Part shown: positions 41,589 through 52,157 of the stretch, piece after piece
Numbering within the stretch: position 1 is the stretch's first letter
Layout: each line of letters begins with the position of its first letter
Source: Methanobacteriota archaeon
Lineage (GTDB): Archaea; Thermoplasmatota; E2; DHVEG-1
Direction: 5' to 3'
Assembly: GCA_963769885.1 (NCBI GenBank)
Contig: CAVYNH010000003.1
Span: 1-62,432 of the forward strand
Length of the DNA stretch: 62,432 nucleotides
Notes under the pieces: model-generated
Told to the model about the DNA's origin: nothing
The model's database searches: none
What the model saw: only the letters and a program-made list of their open reading frames with translations
Translations under genes and position numbers: made by a program

Positions 41589-43304
41589 GTGAAGGAGATT
41601 CTGACGTTGTTCTCAGAGCATGGGACGTTCGTCCATCCCGAGGCACTCTCGTATATCGCCTCGAAGGAGAAGCCCCATGAGTTCGCCTCTTTTCTAGTCG
41701 GCAGCCTGCGCGAGTACCCCCTACATCTGACCCTGGACGCGATCAAGGGCATCGAGGCCGCGAGAGCGCAGATCAAGGAAGTCCCAGTGATCCCGCCGTC
41801 GGTCGTCCAGGTTCCCCCTTCAGTTCCTGGTCCAGCGCCGGTTGAGCCGTCGGTCGCGCCCGCGGTGACTGTGGACAAAGAGCTGCAAAAACGGATGCTC
41901 TCAAAGTTATTGAGCGGGCCGAAGACCATCGCTGATGCCGATGAAGAGGAGGAGGATGAAGACGGCGACGTCGAAGAGGCCCCCAAGGGTCCATCACCGT
42001 TCAAGACGCTCCTCATCAAGCCGGTCCAGGGCTGGCATCCCCTCGCCCGCGACTACGAAAGCGAGGTCAAGGTCCTCTCCGACGTGACCGGGAAGCGGAC
42101 CAGCGAGGGCACCACCGACGACTTCGCCAGCCTCTTCAAGCATCGCTACCATGATCTCCGCGAGATCCTCAAACTGCAGCGCCGCGAAGTCGCCAACGCC
42201 ATCCCCATCAACCGGGTGAAGAAGACCCTGCCGGACATGCAGCTCATCGGCATCGTCCGCGAGGTCCGCACGACCCCAGGCGGCCATCGGATCATCGAGC
42301 TTGAGGACGAGACCGGCACCATCAAACTCATGGCGCTGAAGAACTTCACCGAGGTGTTCCCCTCGGCCTGCGAGGTCCTCCTCGACGAGGTCATCGGCGT
42401 CGTCGGCAAGTTCAGCAAGCAAGGCGACCTCATCCTCGTGCAAAACATCGTGTTCCCTGACGTCAAGCTACAGCACGAGCGCAAGCGTACCGAGACCCCG
42501 GTCTGCGCCGCCTTCCTTTCCGATATCCACATGGGCAGCAAGATGTTCATGCAGGACGAGTGGAACATGTTCCTGCGCTGGATCAACGGCGACCTGGGCA
42601 ACAGCCGCCAGCGGGACGTCGCTAGCCGCCTCAAATACCTCGTCCTCCCAGGAGACTTAGTGGACGGCATCGGCATCTACCCTGGACAGGAGAAGGAGCT
42701 GTCCATCCCCAATATCTACGAGCAGTACCAGGCGCTCGCGGCCCAGCTGCAGCTCATCCCGGACCACATCACGGTCATCGTCCAGCCTGGCAACCACGAC
42801 GCGGTCCGCCCCGCGGAGCCGCAGCCGGCGTTCGAGGCCGAGATTCGCGACCTGTTCACCGGCGCGCACTACGAGTTCCTCGGCAACCCCTGCAGCTTCA
42901 GCCTGCACGGCGTCGACATCCTTTCATATCACGGACAGAGTCTTTTGGATTACTCGACCAACATCCAGGCGCTCAGCTACAACGAGCCGACCGAGGTCAT
43001 GAAGCTGATGCTCCGAAAACGCCACCTCGCGCCTACCTACGGCGGCTACACGCCGCTCGCACCGGAGCATACGGACTATATGATCATCCAGAACCCGCCC
43101 GATGTCTTCGTCACCGGCCACGTCCATACAAGCAAACTCGATAGTTATCGCGGCATCACCCTCATTAACGCCAGCTGCTGGCAGTCGCAGACCTCGTATC
43201 AGAAGATGCTGAACTTCGTCCCCGACAGCGCGAAACTCCCAATCGTCGACCTGAGAACCGGGAACGCCACCACCATGGACTTCAGCAAAAAGAGTGCCGC
43301 GTAA
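41589..43304 (+). CDS. polB: DNA polymerase D small (proofreading) subunit DP1
   Basis: OB fold plus SDIH, GDLVDG, PGNHD, YHG, GHVH; RHLAPTYG. Confidence 0.95.
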   Translation: MKEILTLFSEHGTFVHPEALSYIASKEKPHEFASFLVGSLREYPLHLTLDAIKGIEAARAQIKEVPVIPPSVVQVPPSVPGPAPVEPSVAPAVTVDKELQKRMLSKLLSGPKTIADADEEEEDEDGDVEEAPKGPSPFKTLLIKPVQGWHPLARDYESEVKVLSDVTGKRTSEGTTDDFASLFKHRYHDLREILKLQRREVANAIPINRVKKTLPDMQLIGIVREVRTTPGGHRIIELEDETGTIKLMALKNFTEVFPSACEVLLDEVIGVVGKFSKQGDLILVQNIVFPDVKLQHERKRTETPVCAAFLSDIHMGSKMFMQDEWNMFLRWINGDLGNSRQRDVASRLKYLVLPGDLVDGIGIYPGQEKELSIPNIYEQYQALAAQLQLIPDHITVIVQPGNHDAVRPAEPQPAFEAEIRDLFTGAHYEFLGNPCSFSLHGVDILSYHGQSLLDYSTNIQALSYNEPTEVMKLMLRKRHLAPTYGGYTPLAPEHTDYMIIQNPPDVFVTGHVHTSKLDSYRGITLINASCWQSQTSYQKMLNFVPDSAKLPIVDLRTGNATTMDFSKKSAA

Positions 43305-43406
43305 GTGACACTTTTTAAAGCTATGTTTCGGTTAAAACAGAGAATTATAGGTGGAAAAGATTTAATTACTATCCGATAATTATAAACATTAGGGATAAGT
43401 GCATTT

Positions 43407-45284
43407 ATGATTGGGGTGAAATCGTCTTCGCTCTTCGTCGTTTTGCTCATGACCATGGGAATTGTGCTCTCAGCGTATGGAACATCAGAGAATACCCAGC
43501 AGAGTTCAAGCATGCTTCCTGCTGATGCAAGATCAAATTACGAATATCATTCTCGGTACAGTCTCCTTGAGAGTACCCGGTCACACCTCACTCCATCTTA
43601 TAAGGACGATTTACAAAATGATTGTTCGAAGACGTTGGACATAACCAAGGGAATACCACTCTCCAGCCAAGGGCTGATGGAGTCTTCATGGCCGATGACC
43701 AGCCACGATGTCCGGCACACCGGTCGAAGCCCCTACAACACCACGCAGAATCCTGAAGGCGTGGAAAAATGGCGATTTCACTGTTCAGGGACCGTGGGAG
43801 GGCCAATCATTGATAAGGAAAACTTACTTTATTTCGGGGATAGTATGAGTAATTTTTTTTCAATATTTCCGAATGGAACGCTGAATTGGAAAATTATTTT
43901 TTCCCTCGGACATCCAGTTGATTCAACACCCGCTATTGATGAAAACGGCATAATTTACATTGGAACTATAAATGCAATGCCAAACTATCTTTGGGCTGTC
44001 TATTCAAACAATGGAACCGTCAAATGGAGGTTTAGAACAGGAAACCACATCGACTCATCTCCAGCTATTGGTTCAGACGGCACCATCTACTTCGGTGATT
44101 GGAATGGCTGGGTCCATGCCCTCAACCCCGACGGCACCCTCAAATGGCAATACCTTACCGGCGACATCATCACCGCCTCACCTGCTATCGGACCCAACGG
44201 CTCCATCTACATCGGAAGCCAGGATGACAACCTCTATGCCTTCAATCCTAACGGGACTGTGAAATGGACGTTCCACACCGGGGGCTGGGTCCGTGTCAGT
44301 CCCTGCATCGGCGACGATGGCACCGTCTACTGCGTCTCCCTCGACAATTACCTTTACGCCATCCGCCCAGACGGTACCATGAAATGGCGGTTCAACGTCG
44401 GTGCTGGTACCAACCCCACCATCGGACCTGACGGCACCATCTACGCCGGCTGGAATACCCTCTACGCCATCAATCCAGACGGCACCCTCAAATGGAGCCT
44501 CCCCCTCAATGGAGCGATGGAAGGCAGCACCCCCTGCACCTCCCATGAAGGTATCATCTACTTCGGCACCACCAGCAACAAAGTCTACGCCGTCAACCCA
44601 GACGGGACCATCCGCTGGGAAAACAATTTCAGCTGGTCACAATCCCCAGCCGCCATCGGCGAAGACGGGACGCTGTACATCGGATCATCAAGCTACCTCC
44701 GCGCCTTCGGCCTCGGCCCACTCCATGCAGAGGCGAACGGCCCGTACATCGGCGCAGCCACCGTCCCTATCCAACTCTCAGGAACAGTCTTCGGCGGGAT
44801 CCCTCCATACATGTTCCAGTGGGACTTCGGCGACAACCACTCCTCGACCGAACAAAACCCTACCCATGCCTACCTCCAACGAGGCACCTACACCGCCACG
44901 TTCACCATCACGGACAGCACCGGGAACCAAAGCATCGACCATGCGAACATCACGGTCGGCTACGCGCCACCAAAGGTCACTATCCTGAAGCCAGTCAACG
45001 GGACGTACTTCATGAACCACCGCATCGCATCCGGCTCAAAGATCCTCATCATCGGACCTATCACCATCGAAGCTGAAGCAAGCTCGGCGAACTTCAGCAT
45101 CGATTATGTCGAATTCTGGGTATGGAACGGGAACCACTACTCCATCCTCCGAACCGATAAGACCCCGCCCTATTCGTTCACCTGGCGACTCCCTTACTTC
45201 GGCAAGACTGGAATCTCTGCCAAGGCAGTAGATACCTCGGGGAATTATACCTATGCAGACGAGGATGTCTGGAGGTTTTTTTAA
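43407..45284 (+). CDS. Secreted PQQ-like beta-propeller protein with PKD and C-terminal Ig domain
   Basis: Repeated SxPAIxxDGTIY / A(I/L)NPDGTLKW; WDFGD. Confidence 0.88.
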   Translation: MIGVKSSSLFVVLLMTMGIVLSAYGTSENTQQSSSMLPADARSNYEYHSRYSLLESTRSHLTPSYKDDLQNDCSKTLDITKGIPLSSQGLMESSWPMTSHDVRHTGRSPYNTTQNPEGVEKWRFHCSGTVGGPIIDKENLLYFGDSMSNFFSIFPNGTLNWKIIFSLGHPVDSTPAIDENGIIYIGTINAMPNYLWAVYSNNGTVKWRFRTGNHIDSSPAIGSDGTIYFGDWNGWVHALNPDGTLKWQYLTGDIITASPAIGPNGSIYIGSQDDNLYAFNPNGTVKWTFHTGGWVRVSPCIGDDGTVYCVSLDNYLYAIRPDGTMKWRFNVGAGTNPTIGPDGTIYAGWNTLYAINPDGTLKWSLPLNGAMEGSTPCTSHEGIIYFGTTSNKVYAVNPDGTIRWENNFSWSQSPAAIGEDGTLYIGSSSYLRAFGLGPLHAEANGPYIGAATVPIQLSGTVFGGIPPYMFQWDFGDNHSSTEQNPTHAYLQRGTYTATFTITDSTGNQSIDHANITVGYAPPKVTILKPVNGTYFMNHRIASGSKILIIGPITIEAEASSANFSIDYVEFWVWNGNHYSILRTDKTPPYSFTWRLPYFGKTGISAKAVDTSGNYTYADEDVWRFF

Positions 45285-45379
45285 AAAGGGATAACCAAAC
45301 ACGCTAAAAACCAAACCTTTAAACACGCCCACGCCATGTCCAAACCCAGCAAGATTTTTTTCCAAGAGACCGAGAGACA

Positions 45380-48300
45380 ATGGATGGGGAGACCGAGCAA
45401 AACCACGTAGCAGCAAGCCCGCAGATGCGCGCCTACTTCGCCAGCCTCCAAAAGGGCATCGACGCCTGCTACTCCATCGCGAACCAAGCCAGGAAAAAAG
45501 GCCTCGACCCCGAATTCACCGTCGAAATCCCCCAAGCCCTCGACCTCGCCAGCCGCGTCGAACAACTCGTCGGTCCACCCGGCGTCGCCCCCCTCATCCG
45601 ACAGACCACCAAACGCCTCCAAAACCGCGAACTCGTCTCTCTCGAAATCGCCAGAGAAATCGTCAAAGGCACCATCTACAAAACCACCAGCACCGAGAAA
45701 GCCTTAGACCAAGCCGTCCGCACTGGCCTCGCCATCCTCACCGAAGGCGTGTTAGTCGCTCCTCTGGAAGGCATCGCCGACGTCAAACTCGGCCGCAACA
45801 CCGACGGCACCCACTACGTCGACCTCTACTTCTCCGGCCCCATCCGCAGCGCCGGCGGCACCGGCCAAGCCATGAGCGTCCTCATCGCCGACGTCGTCCG
45901 CCGCGACCTCCACCTCGAAGCCTACCACGCCACCACCGGCGAAATCGAACGCTACAAAGAAGAAATCCCCCTCTACAAACGCGTCCAACACCTACAATAC
46001 GTCCCCACCGTCGACGAAATCGACACCATCGTCAGCCACTGCCCCATCTGCATCAACGGCGAAGGCACCGAAGACGAAGAAGTCACCGGCTACCGCGACC
46101 TCCCCCGAGTAAGCACAAACCGCCTCCGCGGCGGCGCCTGCCTCGTCATCGCCGAAGGCCTCTGCCTCAAAGCACCCAAGATCTACAAACACATCAAAAC
46201 ACTCAAACTCACCGGCTGGGACTTCCTCGAAAAATTCGCGACCAAAACCACCCAAACCACCACCACAACCCCTGACGAAATCCCCCAAATCCCCCCATCC
46301 ACAAAATACATCGGCGAAGTCATCGCCGGCCGCCCCGTCCTCGCCCACCCCAGCAGGAAAGGCGGCTTCCGACTCCGATACGGACGCGCCCGAACGGCGG
46401 GCTTGGCCAGCACCGCCATCAACCCCACCACCATGCACCTCCTCGACGACTTCATCACCGTCGGCACCCAAATGAAGACCGAACAACCAGGCAAAGGCAC
46501 CATCGGCACCCCCTGCACCACCATCGACGGCCCTATACGTACTATTACACAACGGCGACCTCATCGCCGCCAACACCCTCGCAGACGCACCTTCGCCCGC
46601 CGACATCAAACAGATCATCGACGTCGGCGAACTCCTCATCCCCTACGGAGAATTCCTCGAAAACAACGCCCTCCTCCCCGACGCTAGCTACGTCACCGAA
46701 TGGTGGATCCAAGACCTCCAACACACCCTCAACCTCCTCCCAGAAAAAAACACGCCCCACGCCGTCAAAGACGCCGACACAAAAACAACAGAAAAAATCG
46801 CCACAGACCTCGGACACCCCATCGACCTCACCCACCCCACGCCACAGGACGCCCTCACCCTCTCAGACCACTACCATATCCCCCTCCACCCCGACTACAC
46901 CAGCTTCTGGCACGACATCACCCCCGACCAAGCAGCCCAACTTCGAGAGTTCATCCTCACCCACGGCACCATCACCCCCGACGGCACCCTCACCATCCCC
47001 GCCGATCCCGCCATCAAAGACATCCTCATCAACCTCTGCCTCCTCCACAAACACCGCGACGGACGCCTCCACATCGACGCCATGACCCAGCCCCTCCTCC
47101 GCTGCCTCGGCATCCAAACAACCGGTACCACCCTCACCTCCATCCCAGACCACACCCCACCCCAAGACAACGAAACCACCATCGCTTTCGTCACCAGACT
47201 CGCCCACATCACCATCCGACCGCGCGCCCCCTTCCGCATCGGCACCCGCATGGGCAGACCAGAGAAAGCCGCAGCCCGCAAGATGCGGCCCCCGCCCCAC
47301 GTCCTCTTCCCCCTCAAGAACTACGGCGGCAACCAACGCCTCGTCAAAACCGCTGCCGAATCCGGTATCATCATGGTCGAAGCCGGCGTCCGCCTCTGCC
47401 AGAAATGCAACAAGAAAACCTACCGCATCACCTGCACAACCTGCGGCAGCCACACCATGGTCCTGCCCGGCCAAATCGAAGAACAACCCATCAACCTCAA
47501 AGAGGAACTTGAGCATGCACAGGAAAGGATCGGGGAACGCATACTGCCGGAGACCATCAAAGGCGTCATAGGGACCATCTCCAAACACAAGACCCCGGAG
47601 CCCTTGGAAAAAGGGATTCTGAGGGCCAAGCATGAGGTCTACACGTTCAAGGACGGTACTATCCGCTTCGACATGACGGACGCACCACTCACCCATTTCA
47701 AGCCAAAGGAGCTCGGTGTGCCTCTGGACCGCATCCGTAATCTGGGCTACACCAAGGATTACCTGGGCAATGAACTAGTGAATGACGAGCAGGTCTGCGA
47801 GCTTAAGGTCCAGGATGTCGTCATTTCCACCAAATGCGCGGAGTACTTCCTGCAAGTCTCGCACTTTATCGACGACCTTCTCGTCAAATTCTATGGCCAG
47901 GAGAAGTTCTACAAGCTTCGCAAGCAGCAGGACCTTGTTGGTCATCTGGTCGTCGGTCTCGCGCCTCATACCTCTGCAGGTGCACTCGGTCGTATCATTG
48001 GTTTTACGACTGCCCAGGTCTGTTATACACATCCCTTTTATCATGCGACAAAAAGAAGGAATTGCGATGGGGATGAAGATGGTCTCATGCTCCTCATGGA
48101 TGCTCTATTGAACTTCTCACATTCTTACATCCCTGACAAGCGCGGCGGCAAGATGGACCTCCCCTTGCTCATCACGACCCGCCTGGATCCCTCCGAGGTT
48201 GATAAAGAGGCGCACAACCTCGATACCCTTGCCCGCTACCCGTTGAAGTTCTACGAATCGACCTGGAAACATGAACATTCTCGGAATTTGGAGCCAATCA

Positions 48301-48815
48301 TGGACTGCGTCTCCTCCAGGCTTGGCACGGAACTGCAATACGAACAATTCGGCTTCACCCACGACACCAACGACATCTCCGAAGGCCCCAAGGAATCCAT
48401 CTACAAGACATTGAAAACGATGATGGACAAGATGAACCTGCAGCTGAGCCTCGCTGCAAAAATCCGTGCGGTGGACGAAGCGGATGTCGCCACCAAGGTG
48501 ATCGAGCAGCATTTCCTGCCAGACATCATTGGGAACCTACGGGCGTTCAGCAAGCAATCGGTGCGCTGCCCGACGTGCAACGTCACGTACCGGCGGATCC
48601 CGCTGCAGGGGGTCTGTGGGAAGTGCCAAGGGAAGCTGACATTGACGGTGCATGAGATGTCAGTGAAGAAGTACCTTGATATTTCGAAGGAGATCGCGGA
48701 GAAGTATCATCTGCCGACCTACGCCCGGCAGCGGATCAGCCTGGTAGAGAAGTCAATCGACTCGTTGTTTAAGAGTGATAAAGTGAAGAATACGAAATTG
48801 AGCGACTTCTTATAG
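45380..48815 (+). CDS. polC: DNA polymerase D large subunit DP2 (apparent +1 frameshift at ~46538), no intein
   Basis: GPIRSAGGT, GGFRLRYGR, RMGRPEKA, RRNCDGDED catalytic motif, C-terminal Zn finger; corrected junction reads IDGPIVLLHNGD. Confidence 0.95.
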
Positions 48816-48880
48816 AGACCGTGTCTTTTGCGAACACAATCTTCTTATAGCTATTGTTGAATTGTGGTGCGGTACCGGAT

Positions 48881-49159
48881 ATGGTTGACCGTCAGAATCT
48901 GCAGATTGACAAGAAGATGTGGAACCGGGTATCGTTCTATATCAACGTCGTCATCTTCTTGATTGTCGCGGTCTTTCTGTATCTGTTGATCATTGACAGT
49001 TTCGGCGCGGGTCGGCTGTCGAATTCGACGGATACGCTGGTCCTGTCGAATGCGTGGATCGCAGTCGCACGGGATATCGCGTTTGTGGCCGTCGGGTTCG
49101 TCATCATCTTCGTCCAACTGTTCCTCTCCTATCGGAAACTCAGCGCGCGCTCCTTCTGA
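48881..49159 (+). CDS. Small two-TM hypothetical membrane protein
   Basis: Two hydrophobic helices; lies between DP2 and the SRP RNA. Confidence 0.7.
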   Translation: MVDRQNLQIDKKMWNRVSFYINVVIFLIVAVFLYLLIIDSFGAGRLSNSTDTLVLSNAWIAVARDIAFVAVGFVIIFVQLFLSYRKLSARSF

Positions 49160-49184
49160 GCGAGGTGCTGGGGACGTGGCGAGA

Positions 49185-49502
49185 GGTGTAGACTAGACTG
49201 GGGAGCTAGGCGTTCCCTGTAACCAGAAATCGCCGATACGCTGGGGTCGAATGCTGGAGGCGGTGTGTCGAGTCTCCTACGATCCGTTTGTTGACGATGA
49301 CACCCTGTCCTCTGGGATTGGAGGTGACAGGGGAGTGCAATCGGAGGATTGTGCCCCTGTCTTCACTGTGGGTACCGGGCGAGGCACGGAAGTGAGCAAC
49401 CTTACCACAGACTACTGATGCTCAGAGGGTTAACGGGGTTGAGGATGCAGACGGGCTATCGTAGGGGTACCACGTACACCCACTTTACGCGGCGTCTACA
49501 CC
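49185..49502 (+). ncRNA. ffs: Archaeal signal recognition particle (7S) RNA
   Basis: Terminal helix GGTGTAGAC/GTCTACACC; Alu-domain GGCGTTCCCTGTAACCAGAAATCGCC; helix 8 GAGGCACGGAAGTGAGCA; ~318 nt. Confidence 0.9.
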
Positions 49503-49565
49503 CGCCAATACGTTTTTAAGACTTGGTGAGTATACGGGGTTCCTTTCAGGGAGGTTCTGAGTAGT

Positions 49566-51668
49566 ATGGTGCTGCTTAAGGATGAGAGTGCGGTCGCATC
49601 CTGGTTAGGTTTTTTTGAGGAGGACTGTAAGGCTGAGATTGAGACGATCGCGTTGGCGTATCCTGAGCGGCGTAGCCTGGTGGTGGATTATTGGGAGGTG
49701 GATAAGCATGATCCGAAGCTGGCGGAGACGTTGGTCCGGCAGCCGTTGAAGGCGTTTTTTAATGCGGAGGAGGCGTTGAAGCGGGTGGATGTGGCCGCGG
49801 AGCAGAAGATTGTGTTGCATTTTCGGGTGAAGAATCTGCCGGAGATGCAGCGGGTGTTGATTCGGAAGATTCGGGCGAATCGGTTGGGGACGCTGATTGC
49901 AGTGGAGGGGCTGGTGAAGAAGATTACGGAGGTGCGTCCGAAGCTGACGGTGGCGGCGTTTCATTGTCAGAAATGTGGGGCGATTATCCGGATTGAGCAG
50001 GATGAGGATGTGTTGAAGGAGCCGCCGGAGTGTCTGGAGGATCAGGGTGGGTGCGGGCGGATCTCGTCGTTTAAGTTGTCGTCGCAGTTTTCGAGTTTCA
50101 TTGATAGTCAGAAGATAGAGGTGCAGGAGAATCCAGAGGGGTTGCGTGGTGGGGCGCAGCCGGAGCGGATCTCGATTTATCTGGAGGATGACCTTGTTGG
50201 TGAGGTATCTCCTGGTGATCGTGTTGTGGTGAACGGTATTTTGCATAGTATGCAGCGGTTGCGTGGTGCGTTGAAGTTGACGTCGTTTGATAAGTCCATC
50301 TCAGCGTTGAGTATTGAGAGTCAGGAGTATGCGTTTGAGGAGGTCGAGGTCACTGATGAGGATGAGAAAACGATCTTGATGATGAGTCGTGACCCGGCGA
50401 TTTATGAGAAGATGCGGCAGTCTATTGCTCCGACGATTTTTGGGTTGGATACGGAGAAGGATGCGTTGGTGTTGCAGCTCTTCGGTGGGATTGCGAAGGA
50501 GATGCCGGATGGGACGCGTACGCGTGGGGACATTCATATGCTCTTCGTGGGTGACCCTGGTACTGCGAAGTCGCAGATGCTGTCGTATATGTCGAAGCTT
50601 GCGCCTCGTAGCGTCTATGCCTCGGGGAAGGCGTCATCGGCGGCTGGGTTGACCGCGGCTGCGGTGCGTGATGAGTTCGGGGAGGGGCAGTGGACGCTGG
50701 AGGCCGGTGCGCTGGTCCTTGCTGATAAGGGATTGGCGTGTATTGATGAGATTGACAAGATGGAGGAGTCGGATCGTAGTAGCCTGCATCAGGCGATGGA
50801 GCAGCAGGAGATCTCGGTGGCGAAGGCGGGGATCAATGCGACGCTGAAGTCGCGGTGTGCGGTGCTGGCGGCGGCGAACCCCAAGCTTGGCCGGTTTGAT
50901 GAGTTTCAGGCGATTCATGAGCAGATCAACATGCCGCCGACGCTGTTGTCTCGTTTTGATTTGATCTTTTCGATTCTTGATAAGCCGAGTCGTAAGACGG
51001 ATACGTTGCTGGCGGACCATATCCTGCATTCGCATAAGGGTGGGGAGATCCATGAGCATCTCCAGAAGACGACGGATACGTTGTATACGAAGGAGCAGGA
51101 GGATGCGTTTATGAAGCATGTGATTCCGGTGTTCGACCCGGAGTTCCTGCGGAAGTACGTGGCGTATGCGAAACGGACGGTGTTTCCCGTGTTGTCGGAT
51201 GACGCGTTGTTGATCCTGCAGAATTATTATGTGGATTTCCGTGGCTCGTCGCAGGATTCGGTGCCGTTTACGCCTCGTCAGCTGGAGGCGTTCGTGCGGC
51301 TCGCGGAGGCGAGTGCGCGGATCCGGCTGAGCCAGGAGGCGACGGTGGATGATGCGAAGCGGGCGATTGGGATTATCGACTCGTACCTGCGTCGGGTGGG
51401 CACGGACCGGGAGACCGGGAAGTTCGACATTGATATCATCGCGACCGGGTATAGTCACAGTCAGCATGACCGGATGCGGATCATCCTGGATATCATCTCG
51501 CGGTTGAGCAAGGAGTCTGGAGATGAGGGGGCGAACCGCAACGACGTGATCACGGAGGCAGAGCTGCAGGGCATCGAGAGCAGCAAGGTTGTGGAGGCGT
51601 TGGAGCGGTTGAAGTCACAGGGGCAGATCTATGAGCCGCCGAAGGGGAAGATTCGGATCACTGAATAA
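49566..51668 (+). CDS. mcm: Replicative helicase MCM
   Basis: Zn finger, GDPGTAKS, IDEIDKM, SRFD, winged-helix tail. Confidence 0.97.
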   Translation: MVLLKDESAVASWLGFFEEDCKAEIETIALAYPERRSLVVDYWEVDKHDPKLAETLVRQPLKAFFNAEEALKRVDVAAEQKIVLHFRVKNLPEMQRVLIRKIRANRLGTLIAVEGLVKKITEVRPKLTVAAFHCQKCGAIIRIEQDEDVLKEPPECLEDQGGCGRISSFKLSSQFSSFIDSQKIEVQENPEGLRGGAQPERISIYLEDDLVGEVSPGDRVVVNGILHSMQRLRGALKLTSFDKSISALSIESQEYAFEEVEVTDEDEKTILMMSRDPAIYEKMRQSIAPTIFGLDTEKDALVLQLFGGIAKEMPDGTRTRGDIHMLFVGDPGTAKSQMLSYMSKLAPRSVYASGKASSAAGLTAAAVRDEFGEGQWTLEAGALVLADKGLACIDEIDKMEESDRSSLHQAMEQQEISVAKAGINATLKSRCAVLAAANPKLGRFDEFQAIHEQINMPPTLLSRFDLIFSILDKPSRKTDTLLADHILHSHKGGEIHEHLQKTTDTLYTKEQEDAFMKHVIPVFDPEFLRKYVAYAKRTVFPVLSDDALLILQNYYVDFRGSSQDSVPFTPRQLEAFVRLAEASARIRLSQEATVDDAKRAIGIIDSYLRRVGTDRETGKFDIDIIATGYSHSQHDRMRIILDIISRLSKESGDEGANRNDVITEAELQGIESSKVVEALERLKSQGQIYEPPKGKIRITE

Positions 51669-51703
51669 GTCGAGAAAATAAGGAAAAAAATTCGGCTGCT
51701 ACC

Positions 51704-52060
51704 TTAGAGTTTGGGTGAGGCGATCCTAGCCATGGCCTTCTTCACCGGCTTCTTGTGGTCCTCGCCGAGCTCCGCGATGAGGCAGCTGGTGAAGTTCTCT
51801 TTGATCTCGTTCCAGTTGACGGTGGTGATGCCGAAGTAGAGCTTCTTTGCGACGTCGGAGGCCTTGTGGAGGTGCGGGGCCCAGCGGCCGTCGCGGGTGT
51901 CGCAGTTGTCCATGTGGAGCAGGTAGCTACGACCCGTGGGTTTTCGTTCGATAAGGTAGATTTCAAAGTAGCGGTTGAAATAGGGGTAGTGGGGGTCTTT
52001 ATCGTGGTAGCGGTATTCAAGCTCGTACGCTGTGGTGATGGGGACGATTCCACGTTGCAT
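51704..52060 (-). CDS. Hypothetical protein (118 aa)
   Basis: ATG start, normal composition, downstream of aEF-2; no family recognised. Confidence 0.65.
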   Translation of the reverse strand: MQRGIVPITTAYELEYRYHDKDPHYPYFNRYFEIYLIERKPTGRSYLLHMDNCDTRDGRWAPHLHKASDVAKKLYFGITTVNWNEIKENFTSCLIAELGEDHKKPVKKAMARIASPKL

Positions 52061-52157
52061 CCAATCCTGCCTCAGAGGTGGAATAGAAAGTGTGCTATAT
52101 GAAGCTTAGGTTTTTAAGGAAAAAAAAGGGAAAGGGTGGGAGACGACGCGATGTCGT

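Noticed and set aside
41458-41604. Possible TPP riboswitch before thiC, or C/D-box sRNA (ATGATGA...CTGA)
   Set aside because: No CTGAGA core on the thiC strand; C-to-D spacing of ~80 nt is too long and no internal D'/C' boxes were seen.
43900-44700. Near-periodic nucleotide repeats (GACGGCACC...)
   Set aside because: Beta-propeller blade repeats in coding sequence.
49185-49502. RNase P RNA as an alternative identity
   Set aside because: Lacks the GAGGAAAGTCC signature; has SRP Alu and helix-8 motifs.
41589-51668. Replication origin near DP1/DP2/MCM; inteins in DP2 or MCM
   Set aside because: No cdc6/orc1 or ORB repeats seen; protein lengths and motifs are continuous.
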